Origin: a bacterium
GTDB taxonomy: Bacteria; UBA8248
Direction of reading: 5' to 3'
Assembly (NCBI GenBank): GCA_965213685.1
Contig: CBDBZY010000019.1
Location: 1-46,889 of the forward strand
Length of the DNA: 46,889 bases
The position numbers and the translations under genes were made by a program. Under the pieces are notes generated by a model. The model had not been told where the DNA came from. It searched no databases and was given only the letters and a program-made list of their open reading frames with translations. This document shows positions 33,576-42,680 of this stretch, piece by piece (the first letter of the stretch is position 1; each line of letters starts with the position of its first letter).

Positions 33576-35593
33576 TCAGCCATGGGCCTCCACCAGCTTC
33601 CTGACCAGGGCGACATTGTGCCGGTGACCGCTTCTCTCGGCGACCACCCTTCCCAGGACGGGACGACCCCAGCAGATACAGATCCCCCATCACGTCGAGA
33701 ATTTTATGGCGAACGAACTCGTCGGGGAAGCGCAACTCTGTGTTCAGAACACGCTCTCCATCCACGAGGATCACGTTGTCCCAAGCGCCCGCCCTCGGCC
33801 AGGCCCATGTTCTCGAGCGACTTGAGTTCGGAGACGAGGCCGAACGTGCGCGCCGGCGCGATTTCCTTCTGGAAGCCCGACGCATTCCGGTGCGCATACA
33901 GGTAGCGTTGCCTGCCAATCGGCTCGGGGTAATCCATCAGATACGAGATCGACAAGGAATCCGCAGGCTCGATGCGAATATACCCCTCCCCGGAGCCCGG
34001 CTCGCCCACCTCATGGGCTTCATCCAACCGCAACTCCTCGATTTTTTCCTGTTGCTCCTCGATCCCGGCCTCTTCCAGCAGGCGGCAAAACTCCCCCGCC
34101 GATCCGTCCATGACGGGGACTTCCTCTCCAATTTTCACGAGGATGTTGCTGACCCGGTAGGCGTGCAGCGCGCTCATGAGATGCTCTATCGTCCGGGCCG
34201 TCACGGCCCCGTCGCGCAGGTTCGTCGCATGGTTCGTACCGTCCACGAAATCGACGCGCGCACGCACGGTCTCGGAACTCGTCAGGTTGCCGAACCGGAC
34301 CCCGCTTCCCGGCGGCAGGGGCTCGACGATCAGCCCGGTTTTCAGCCCGGAGTGCAGCCCCCGGCCATGCAGCACAACGCTCCTGGCGATGCTCCGCTGG
34401 CTCGCCCTCCCGGGCGTCGAGGCCGGCGGTGCGGCGGGCTTCACCTCGACCGCCTTTGCTGGAGGCCGCAAGGCCGCCTCGCTTTCCGAACCATCCAAGC
34501 GGGGAGAAGAAGCCGCGCGCATCGCATACGGGAAGTGCTCGACGCGCACCTCCTTTCCGCGGGACGAATACGCCGCTTTGGCGACCACGCCCTTGAGTTC
34601 GGCGACATTGCCCGGCCAGTCATATTTATCCAGAAGCGCGATGGCGTTCTCCGAGAACTCCTTCTCCTCGCCGGCCGATTCGGCGCACTCGTCCAAAAAT
34701 TTGTTCGCCAGCAACAAGATGTCCCCCTTGCGTTCGCGCAAGGGCGGCAAATGTATCAGGGTGGCGCCCGTTTTCTCGGAGAGTAGCCGCACGGATGCCT
34801 TGTCTTCGGGAGTACCCGCATGATTGAGAGACGCTATCAAGCGCATCGAATCACTCGCATGCCCCAGAAGGCGATGGATACACTCCTCGCGCTCCGCAGC
34901 GGGCAACCCCTCCAGGCCATCGAGATATACCGTCCCCCGAAACGAGGCGGGCACCAGATGCGCTAGCGCCTTTGCCCATTCGTCTTTCTCTGAAAGCGGC
35001 GGCAAGGAGCGGCAATGGAGCGGCATGAACCCCCGCTCTTTGGCGACGCCATGCATGTGTATCATCCGCACGACAAAGCGCTTGCCCGTGCCCCGCTCCC
35101 CGGCGACCAGCGTGGGGGCCGCATCCTTCATGGCACTCCGGATGGCTTTGCGGGTCCTGAGCACCTCCCTTCCGCCGCCCTCCAGCATCACCTCGACGCC
35201 CTCGCCCGTCGTGCGTTCCTTCTCGCGCTTCGTTTGCACGGCGGAATCCACCACGCGCAGCACCGTGTCGAGGGAGAGGGGCTTTTCAATAAAATCAAAA
35301 GCGCCCAGCTTTGTCGCGGCCACGGCGGTCTCGATGTTGCCGTGGCCCGACATGACGACGACCTCGGTGTCCGCGTTGGATTCCTTGACCGTCTGCAAGG
35401 TTTTGATTCCGTCAATCCCCGGCATCCACACATCAAGCAAGACCACGTCCGGGGTTTCCGTCCGAAGCAGATGAAGCGCAATGTCCCCGGACTCCGCCCG
35501 CACGACGCGGTAGCCCTCGTCATGGAGGACGTTCTCCAGGCTCGTGAGTATTTCGCGCTCATCGTCGACGATGAGAACGTGTCCCTTATCCAA
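33576..35593 (-). CDS. lpxC: NtrX-like receiver + degenerate AAA+ domain fused to UDP-3-O-acyl-GlcNAc deacetylase LpxC (two +1 frameshifts near the 3' end, ~33780 and ~33668)
   Basis: REC motifs [18 protein letters not shown] and FIEKP. AAA-like motifs GERGTGK, LPPLRER and WPGNV. LpxC motifs [63 protein letters not shown] and SGHRHN. Confidence 0.9.
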
Positions 35594-37851
35594 TGGCGGC
35601 CGTCCTTTGTCTCTCGGGCGGGATGTCCGCGGCAGACGCCAGCGGCAGCGTGACGCGAAAAACGGAGCCCGCCGGCTGGTTGTCGCGCACGCCTATCGTT
35701 CCGTTGTGATCGGTCACGATGCGGTGGCAAATCGCCAGGCCCAGGCCGGACCCCCCTGTTCTTGGTCGAAAAATAGGGGGAAAACACGCGGACTTTCATA
35801 TCCTCCGATATCCCCTGTCCCTGGTCGGTGACTTCGACGACTATCATATTCTCATCTGCGTCGCTCCACGCCTGCAGGCTTACCTCGCCCTCGGCCTCCT
35901 GGGACTCGAACGCATTCTCCAGCAAATTGATGAACACGCGCTGCAGCTGCTCCGGATCGGCCAGGACAACCGCATTCTCGGCGTGGAGCTGAACGGCCAG
36001 TTTCACATTTCCCTTCCCGTCCCGATACAGATTCGCCACTTCCTCCAGAAGCGGAACAAACTCGCAAAGCCGCAGCCTCGGTTCCGGCATTCTCGCGAAA
36101 CGGCGAAACTCGTTCACCATTCCCTCCAGGCTCCTCACCTGATTGATGATGGTCTCCGTACACGCGTCGAGTATTTCGGGAAAATCATAGGCCCCGCTCT
36201 CAAATTTCCTCCGCATTCGCTGGGCGGACAGCTGGATGGGCGTCAGCGGATTCTTGATCTCGTGCGCGAGGCCCTGGGCCACCTCGCGCCACGCCGCTAT
36301 TTTCTGGGCGCGTATGAGGGCCGTCATGTCGTCAAACACGACGAGGGTGCCGAGCCTGTTGCCCTCCGCGCTCTTCAGCATGGTCAGGCTCGCTCGCAGC
36401 GTCAGGATGCGGCCATCGATCATGATCTCTATTTGCTCCGAGGTGTTCTCCAGGTTCCGCTCTCTCAGGGAGCGCATCAACTGCAGGACGGGCTCGATGT
36501 GCGCGCTTTGGAAAACCTCGCCGAACATCCGGCCAATGGCGCCGCGAGGAGGGATGTGCAGCAGCGCCCCGGCGGCTTTGTTGAGAGTGGTGATCCGCCC
36601 CTGCCGATTGATCGCTACGACGCCGGCGCCGATGTTCTCGAGCATCGCTTCCGTATATCTGCGCCTTCTGTCGATTTCAGCGTTGGAGTGGCGCAGGGTT
36701 TCCGAGGATTCTTCGATTTTCTTCTTGTTGGCCAGCAATTCCTCCGTCATGCTGTTGAACGCGCCGACCAGGATGCCCACCTCCCCGTCCGCCCGCGATT
36801 CGACGCGATGCTCGAGGTCTCCGCCCGACACCGCGCGGGTGGCCTCCGCCAACTTTTCGATGGGCACCGTGATGCTGCTGGCGAGATAGAGGCCGAACCA
36901 CGTCGCGGCGAACAAAATGAGCAGCGCGACCACAAAAAAGGTGATCATGTAGCTCGCCTTGAGCAGAACCTTGGACATTTCCACCTCCTTGTAATCCACA
37001 AAGGAGTCCGATATGCCCTGTATCCTGTCCGCGAGCCGCTCCGACACGTGCCTGGACGCAACGATGAAACCCACCACTTGTTTCTGAATCCGCAAGGGCG
37101 CCAGGCCGTGGATGACGTCGCCCTTCTCCCTGTGCTCCACGCTCGAGCGCGACTCCCCCTCCAGCACCTGCTCCACGTATCCCGTCAGGGGAGAGAAAAG
37201 CGCGCCCTGTCCCAGTCCCGAACGCCTCACCGAGGCGATTTCCTTTCGGTTTCCGTCGTAGAGCTGGACGCTGTCCACCCACAGGTTCTTTCTTTCCGCC
37301 TCCAGTATTTCTTGAATCTTTCGGGGGGTTCGCATCGCCTCCGGGTGCGCCCTCTCCAGGGTGAGCGCAAGCCGACTCGCGCTGAACAGCATGTTTCTTT
37401 CCGCCTCGCGATAATACGTCTGCGCCACCTCGAACGAGCCTTTGAGCGCATTCTCCACGCTCACGTTGAACAATGCGTTGAAACTCTTGGTGATCAGGCC
37501 GCTGGCCACCAGGAAAAGAGCCACCGTCGGGATGAGCGCGAATCCGACAAAAGCCAGGACGAGCTTTAATTGCAGGCGCGAGCCACCGGCGCTGCGTTTC
37601 CTCCCGTAATACAGGCGCATCAGATTCTTCGCCACCAGGAGGAGAACCACCATGAGGAGGATGATGCTGAGGTTCACGAGCGCGAAGACGACCACGTTGT
37701 TGAGGAGGGGAATTCCCGGCTCCGGATCCTTGAAGTAGAGCCAGGCCGCGAGCGACAGGGTAGCGATGCCGATCAAGGCGATGAGAAGGCGGATCAGGTG
37801 CTTTCGGCGGCGCGCGGCGATTTCTTCATGACTCAGGCGCACTGGATGCAA
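35586..37851 (-). CDS. NtrY-like multi-TM HAMP/PAS sensor histidine kinase (+1 frameshift at ~35752)
   Basis: TM segments, periplasmic domain, HAMP, PAS, AWREVAQGLAHEIKNPLTPIQLSA, N-box NLLENA, DQGQGI and PYFSTK. The corrected GSGLGLAICHRIV..GSVFRVTLP stops at 35586, overlapping the regulator start. Confidence 0.9.
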
Positions 37852-37854
37852 GAC

Positions 37855-38460
37855 TCACATTCCTTTCGAGCCGAATGTTACGGAATAGCTCCAATCGGAT
37901 TTCTTCGCCATGAAGGCAAGCAGGAGGTTAAAGGGGAAGACAAGATTCACAGAGCCCGACTGCGCCCTGATCCTGACATAGTATCGCTCATGGGGAGACA
38001 ACGCCCCGACAGAGGCGATGGGCACGCCATTCAGCTCGCGCATCCAGTCGATCATCTCGTCTTTGCTCCTGGTCGTTTTTCTCTCGAGGCTCTTCGCATC
38101 CTTCTCGACCACAAAGGTATAGGTCTTTTTCAACGCATTATATTGCACCTGGTGATGCAGCCGCCGGGAGGAGACTTCCACATCATAGATCAGCTTGCGG
38201 GATCGGAGGAGGGCCATATCGAAGACGAAGCGGACCATCACCCCGCTATGGATGGTCTCCAGCAGTTTCGGGGAGAACGCACCCCGGAGCGAAGCAAAAA
38301 CGAGCAGCTCCCCGCTTTTCTCCACCACGACAATATCTTGTATGTGAATTCCGCTTTTCCCGCCCGGAGCGGCGAGTGCCGGCCCGGCCATCACGCAGAG
38401 GAGGCAGGCGGAGAGGGCGAAACTCCATGGAGCAAGCATTTTCTGCGTGTGATGGCGCAT
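37855..38460 (-). CDS. DUF4390-like exported protein
   Basis: Signal peptide, IHSGVMVRFVF, QYNALKKTY and YYVRIRA. This is the typical gene upstream of ntrYX-like pairs. Confidence 0.7.
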   Translation of the reverse strand: MRHHTQKMLAPWSFALSACLLCVMAGPALAAPGGKSGIHIQDIVVVEKSGELLVFASLRGAFSPKLLETIHSGVMVRFVFDMALLRSRKLIYDVEVSSRRLHHQVQYNALKKTYTFVVEKDAKSLERKTTRSKDEMIDWMRELNGVPIASVGALSPHERYYVRIRAQSGSVNLVFPFNLLLAFMAKKSDWSYSVTFGSKGM

Positions 38461-38599
38461 CAGCTCACCTTGGCTTCCAGGCCCTGGCGCTGACGGACGA
38501 CGGGGAAAGAACATGGCGCTATCCTGTCTTCCCGCCTCCCGGCGCGCGCCTTCGGACGCCGCCTCCGCCCCGAAGCGAGGAGGCGTCCCTCCATTTTTC

Positions 38600-41287
38600 T
38601 TATTCCCCCTTGCCCTCCGCCATCCTCTGGAGCGCATACAGGGTATCGAGCGCCTCGCGCGGCGTCATCGCATCCGGATCGACGCCTTTCAGGGCCTCTT
38701 CGACCCTCGAGGGCGCGCGCGCGAACAGGGGCAGCTGCCCGTTCTGACGCCCCCCGCCCGGGAGCGGGTCCCCCCCACCGGCAGCGGACGACGCAGCCTC
38801 CGCACCCTCCTCAAACCGGGAGAGCAGCACCCTCGCCCGGCGGATGACCTCATCGGGAAGTCCCGCCAGCCTCCCCACGTGAATGCCGTAGCTCCTGTCG
38901 CAGCTGCCGTCGGTCACCTTTCTAAGGAACACGACGTCATCGCCCCACTCGCGCACCTCGACCGTCAGGTTCCGCACGCGCGGGAGCTTTTTCGGGAGTT
39001 CGGCCAGTTCATGGTAATGCGTCGCAAACAGGGTTCTCGCCCCCTGGCCGGCCTCCCGGTGGAGATACTCCACGATCGACCACGCGATGCTCACCCCGTC
39101 ATAGGTGCTCGTCCCCCGCCCCACCTCGTCCAGGACGATGAAGCTTCTCGGCGTCGCCTCCCTCAGTATGGCGGCCGTCTCCACCATCTCCACCATGAAG
39201 GTGCTTTGTCCCTCCAGAAGCCGGTCATGCGCACCGACCCGGGTGAACACCCTGTCGACCAAGGCAACCCTCGCGCTCCTGGCGGGGACGAAGCCGCCCA
39301 TCTGCGCCATCAGCACGATGAGCGCCGACTGGCGCAGATACGTGGATTTGCCGGCCATGTTCGGCCCCGTGACGATGAGTATCTGGCGCTCGCCGCCGAT
39401 GGCCAAATCGTTCGGCACAAAGGGGACGCCGGGATGCTCCGCCTCCATGACGGGATGCCTGCCCTCCACGATTTCCAGATGCGGGGAATCCGTGATTTCC
39501 GGGCGAACGTATCCGTGCTTCCGCGCCACGAGCGCCAGGGAGAGGACAGCGTCCAGAAGCGCGACCCGCTCCGCGGCGGCGAGTATGCGCCCGGCCTGCT
39601 TCGATATTTTCGCGCGCAGGACGCCGAAAAGCATGAATTCGCGCTGGCGGGCCTTCTCCTCCGCGCCGAGGATGTCATCCTCCATCTTCTTCAGCTCGGA
39701 GGTGATGTAGCGTTCCGCCGAAACGAGGGTCTGCTTGCGCGTGTACTCTGCCGGCACCGCGTCGCTCAGGCGCTTGGTGATCTCGAGGTAGTATCCAAAA
39801 ACGCGGTTGAACCCGATTTTGACAGGCAGCCCCGTCCTTTGCCTCTCCCCGGCCTCATAGTTTTTCAGCCACGTATCGCCCTCGCGCTGCGCCTCTCGCA
39901 GTTGCGCGAGTTCGCCGTCGTAGCCGGCGCGGAACATGCCGCCCTCGCGAATCGAAACCGGCGGCTCCTCCACGATGGCGTTTTGCAACTCGCGCGCCAC
40001 ATCCTCCAGAGAATCCCATCCCGACAAGGCGGAGCGGAACAACTCCGTGTCCGCCTCCGCTATGGCGGTTCGGACTTCCGGAAGCATGGACAGAGAGGCG
40101 CCTAGCGCCCGCAAATCCCTGGCGTTCGCGGTTTGAGAGCCCACGCGCCCCAGGAGGCGCTCGATATCCTGTATGGGCCGGATGGCGTCCTGGAGCGTCT
40201 CCTGGAACCCGGGATCCTCCACGAGTTCCTCCACGGATGCGGCGCGATGCGCAATAGCTTTTTTCTGAATCAGCGGCGAGAGCACCCATTTCTTGAGCAG
40301 GCGCCCCCCCATGCCCGTGAGCGTCTCGTCCAGCAGGGCGAGCAAGGTGCCCTTCCTCCCGTGATCCGCCGCCGAGCGGATGATCTCCAGGTTCCGCAGC
40401 GTGGCGGCGTCGAGAATCATGGTGTCGGAAAGTCGGGAGAAGGAGACGGGCTTGAGGTGGGGAAAATCGCCAGGCTGGTTTTCCTGGAGATAGGCCATGA
40501 CGCCCACGGCGGCGTTCGCCGCCGCCGGATTCGCCAGCACGTCCGCCTCATCGGGAAATATGGTCTCCGCCTGACGGAGGTCGAACGTTTCGCGAAAGGT
40601 GGCGGCCGGTCTTTTTTCCACATGAATCCCCAGCGCCTCGATCCTGCCTTGCAGTGCGGCGGACGGCGAGAAGGTGTCCGGCAAGACGATTTCGCGGGGA
40701 GAAATCCTCTCCAGCTGGTTGCAGACGAGCGTCTCGGCGGCGTCGCCCGCGGCCTGGGTCGCGCAAAACTCGCCGGTCGAGCTGTCGAGCCACGCCATCC
40801 CCCAAAGCCCGCCTCCCCCGCCCCTGGATACGGCGATCCCGGCCAGATACTGGGATTCCTTGCCGTCCAGCAGTTCGAGGTCGGCGATGGAGGTGCCGGG
40901 AGTCAGGACGCGCGTCACCTCGCGCTTCACGACCCCCTTGCTCTCTCCCGCATCCTCCACCTGCTCGCATATCGCGACCCTGTAGCCCGCCTTCAGCAGG
41001 CGCCCGCAATACGAGGACGCCGAATGACAGGGCACGCCGCACATCGGGATGGGCCCCTTCTCGTCGCTTTGGCGCGACGTCAGCGCCAGCTCCAGGGCTT
41101 TCGCCGCGAGCGTCGCGTCCTCGTAGAACATTTCAAAGAAATCGCCCAGCTGAAAAAAGAGTATCGCGTCCGGATAACGTCTTTTCATCTCCAGATACTG
41201 CCGCATCGCGGGGGATGGGCCGCGGGACTTCCCCCGCGACGCGCTCTTTTGCGCCCGCGGAGCGCTTTGTTGTGGGGGAGGAGACAT
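38600..41287 (-). CDS. mutS: DNA mismatch repair protein MutS
   Basis: SPAMRQY..FFQLGDFFEMF, PMCGVP, TGPNMAGKSTY, STFMVEM, DEVGRGTST and SYGIHVGRLAGLP. Confidence 0.96.
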   Translation of the reverse strand: MSPPPQQSAPRAQKSASRGKSRGPSPAMRQYLEMKRRYPDAILFFQLGDFFEMFYEDATLAAKALELALTSRQSDEKGPIPMCGVPCHSASSYCGRLLKAGYRVAICEQVEDAGESKGVVKREVTRVLTPGTSIADLELLDGKESQYLAGIAVSRGGGGGLWGMAWLDSSTGEFCATQAAGDAAETLVCNQLERISPREIVLPDTFSPSAALQGRIEALGIHVEKRPAATFRETFDLRQAETIFPDEADVLANPAAANAAVGVMAYLQENQPGDFPHLKPVSFSRLSDTMILDAATLRNLEIIRSAADHGRKGTLLALLDETLTGMGGRLLKKWVLSPLIQKKAIAHRAASVEELVEDPGFQETLQDAIRPIQDIERLLGRVGSQTANARDLRALGASLSMLPEVRTAIAEADTELFRSALSGWDSLEDVARELQNAIVEEPPVSIREGGMFRAGYDGELAQLREAQREGDTWLKNYEAGERQRTGLPVKIGFNRVFGYYLEITKRLSDAVPAEYTRKQTLVSAERYITSELKKMEDDILGAEEKARQREFMLFGVLRAKISKQAGRILAAAERVALLDAVLSLALVARKHGYVRPEITDSPHLEIVEGRHPVMEAEHPGVPFVPNDLAIGGERQILIVTGPNMAGKSTYLRQSALIVLMAQMGGFVPARSARVALVDRVFTRVGAHDRLLEGQSTFMVEMVETAAILREATPRSFIVLDEVGRGTSTYDGVSIAWSIVEYLHREAGQGARTLFATHYHELAELPKKLPRVRNLTVEVREWGDDVVFLRKVTDGSCDRSYGIHVGRLAGLPDEVIRRARVLLSRFEEGAEAASSAAGGGDPLPGGGRQNGQLPLFARAPSRVEEALKGVDPDAMTPREALDTLYALQRMAEGKGE

Positions 41288-41289
41288 CC

Positions 41290-41667
41290 CTACTCCGCCC
41301 TGGATTCGCCGGCGGACGGGCGCGGCTGGGCGGCGGAATCGGTTCGCGGCGCGGCTTCCACAGGTTCGGGATTCCCCGCCGCGAGCAGCCTGCCGCCTTT
41401 CTCGCGCGCTTCGTCGAGGCTGCTCTCCAGCGTCTTGACCTCGCGCTGGAGTTTTCCGATCTGGCTCCGGAACTTCAGCCTGTCGAACGCCCCGCCAAAC
41501 CACGCCGCCATGAACCCGCAGGCAAACACCGCCAGCAGAACGTAGAAAAGAGGGAGGCTGACGCTGCCCCGATAGTAGGCGACCGTCACCGGCTTCATGT
41601 TGACGACGCCGAAGCTGGAGATCGCCAATGCCAGAATCAAGCCGACGATGAGTCGCAAGCTGCCCAT
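41290..41667 (-). CDS. LapA-family (DUF1049) small membrane protein
   Basis: Two TM segments (..FGVVNMKPVTV.., LPLFYVLLAVFACGF) followed by a coiled coil. Confidence 0.7.
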   Translation of the reverse strand: MGSLRLIVGLILALAISSFGVVNMKPVTVAYYRGSVSLPLFYVLLAVFACGFMAAWFGGAFDRLKFRSQIGKLQREVKTLESSLDEAREKGGRLLAAGNPEPVEAAPRTDSAAQPRPSAGESRAE

Positions 41668-41690
41668 ATCGCCACCGAATGGAATGCGTT

Positions 41691-42197
41691 TTAGACTTCA
41701 AAATCCGGACGGAGTTGGTTGTAGGTCGTCTCCAGGCTGCCGGGAATCACCCGCACGTCCCCGAGAACGGGCATGAGGTTGTGGTCCCCCTCCCAGCGCG
41801 GGACGACGTGCATGTGCAGATGCCCGGCGATGCCGGCGCCCGCGCTTCTTCCCAGATTCAGCCCCACGTTGAAGCCGTGCGCTTTCAGGCGCTTTCGCAA
41901 GACGCCCACGCATTTCTGGGAGAATGCAAAAATCTCCCGGCATTCCTCCTCGCCGAGACCCTCGTAGTCCTCGACGTGGCGAATCGGCACCACCATGAGG
42001 TGGCCGTTCGTATAGGGGTACCTGTTCATCACGACATACGCCCACTCGCCCCTCTGGAGAATCAGGTTCTCCTCCCCGTCCTCTCCGTCAAGCAGGCCGC
42101 AAAACACGCAGGCGGAGGGCGCCCCTCCGTCTCCTTCCCCGGCGACGGCATCGCTCGACACATACTCTCCGCGCCACGGCGCCCATATCCTTTCCAT
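41691..42197 (-). CDS. HIT-family hydrolase (Ap4A phosphorylase-like)
   Basis: Motifs IWAPWR, CVFC, NRYPYTNGHLMVVP and GAGIAGHLHMHVVPRW. Confidence 0.9.
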   Translation of the reverse strand: MERIWAPWRGEYVSSDAVAGEGDGGAPSACVFCGLLDGEDGEENLILQRGEWAYVVMNRYPYTNGHLMVVPIRHVEDYEGLGEEECREIFAFSQKCVGVLRKRLKAHGFNVGLNLGRSAGAGIAGHLHMHVVPRWEGDHNLMPVLGDVRVIPGSLETTYNQLRPDFEV

Positions 42198-42680
42198 CTA
42201 GCGATTCCCCGCTTCTCGCCGCGACAGCCAGGCGCCGTCGAGCAGCCCGGCCATCCTCTCCTCTTCTTTTTGCATCCGGGCGGATTCCGCCCCGGCGTGA
42301 TGATCATACCCCCGGAGATGCAGGAGGCCATGAACGAGCAGGCGATCCGCCAGAACCCCGCAATCCACCGCTTCCGCCCCCGCCTGGCGCAGGACCTCAT
42401 CGACGGAGATGAGCACCTCGCCCCCGAACGTCTTCTTCTCTCCCCGCTCTCCCGTCAGGGCGAAGGAATCCGCCGGCGGAAAAGCCAGCACGTCCGTCGT
42501 TCCGTCTTCCCCGCGATACTGGCCATTCAGCGCCCGCATCGCCTTGTCCCGTATGAGCGCGACGCCCAGCAGCAAATCATCCTCGTACCGGAGCTCTCGC
42601 CGTATGACCTCCAAGCGCCTCCGCAGCGCCTTGCGATCCAGCGCCAACAGCCTTTGCGCGTTTGTGATGAGAACCTCCAT
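42198..42680 (-). CDS. ybeY: rRNA maturation endoribonuclease YbeY
   Basis: LNGQYRG..TDVLAF and HGLLHLRGYDH. Confidence 0.92.
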   Translation of the reverse strand: MEVLITNAQRLLALDRKALRRRLEVIRRELRYEDDLLLGVALIRDKAMRALNGQYRGEDGTTDVLAFPPADSFALTGERGEKKTFGGEVLISVDEVLRQAGAEAVDCGVLADRLLVHGLLHLRGYDHHAGAESARMQKEEERMAGLLDGAWLSRREAGNR

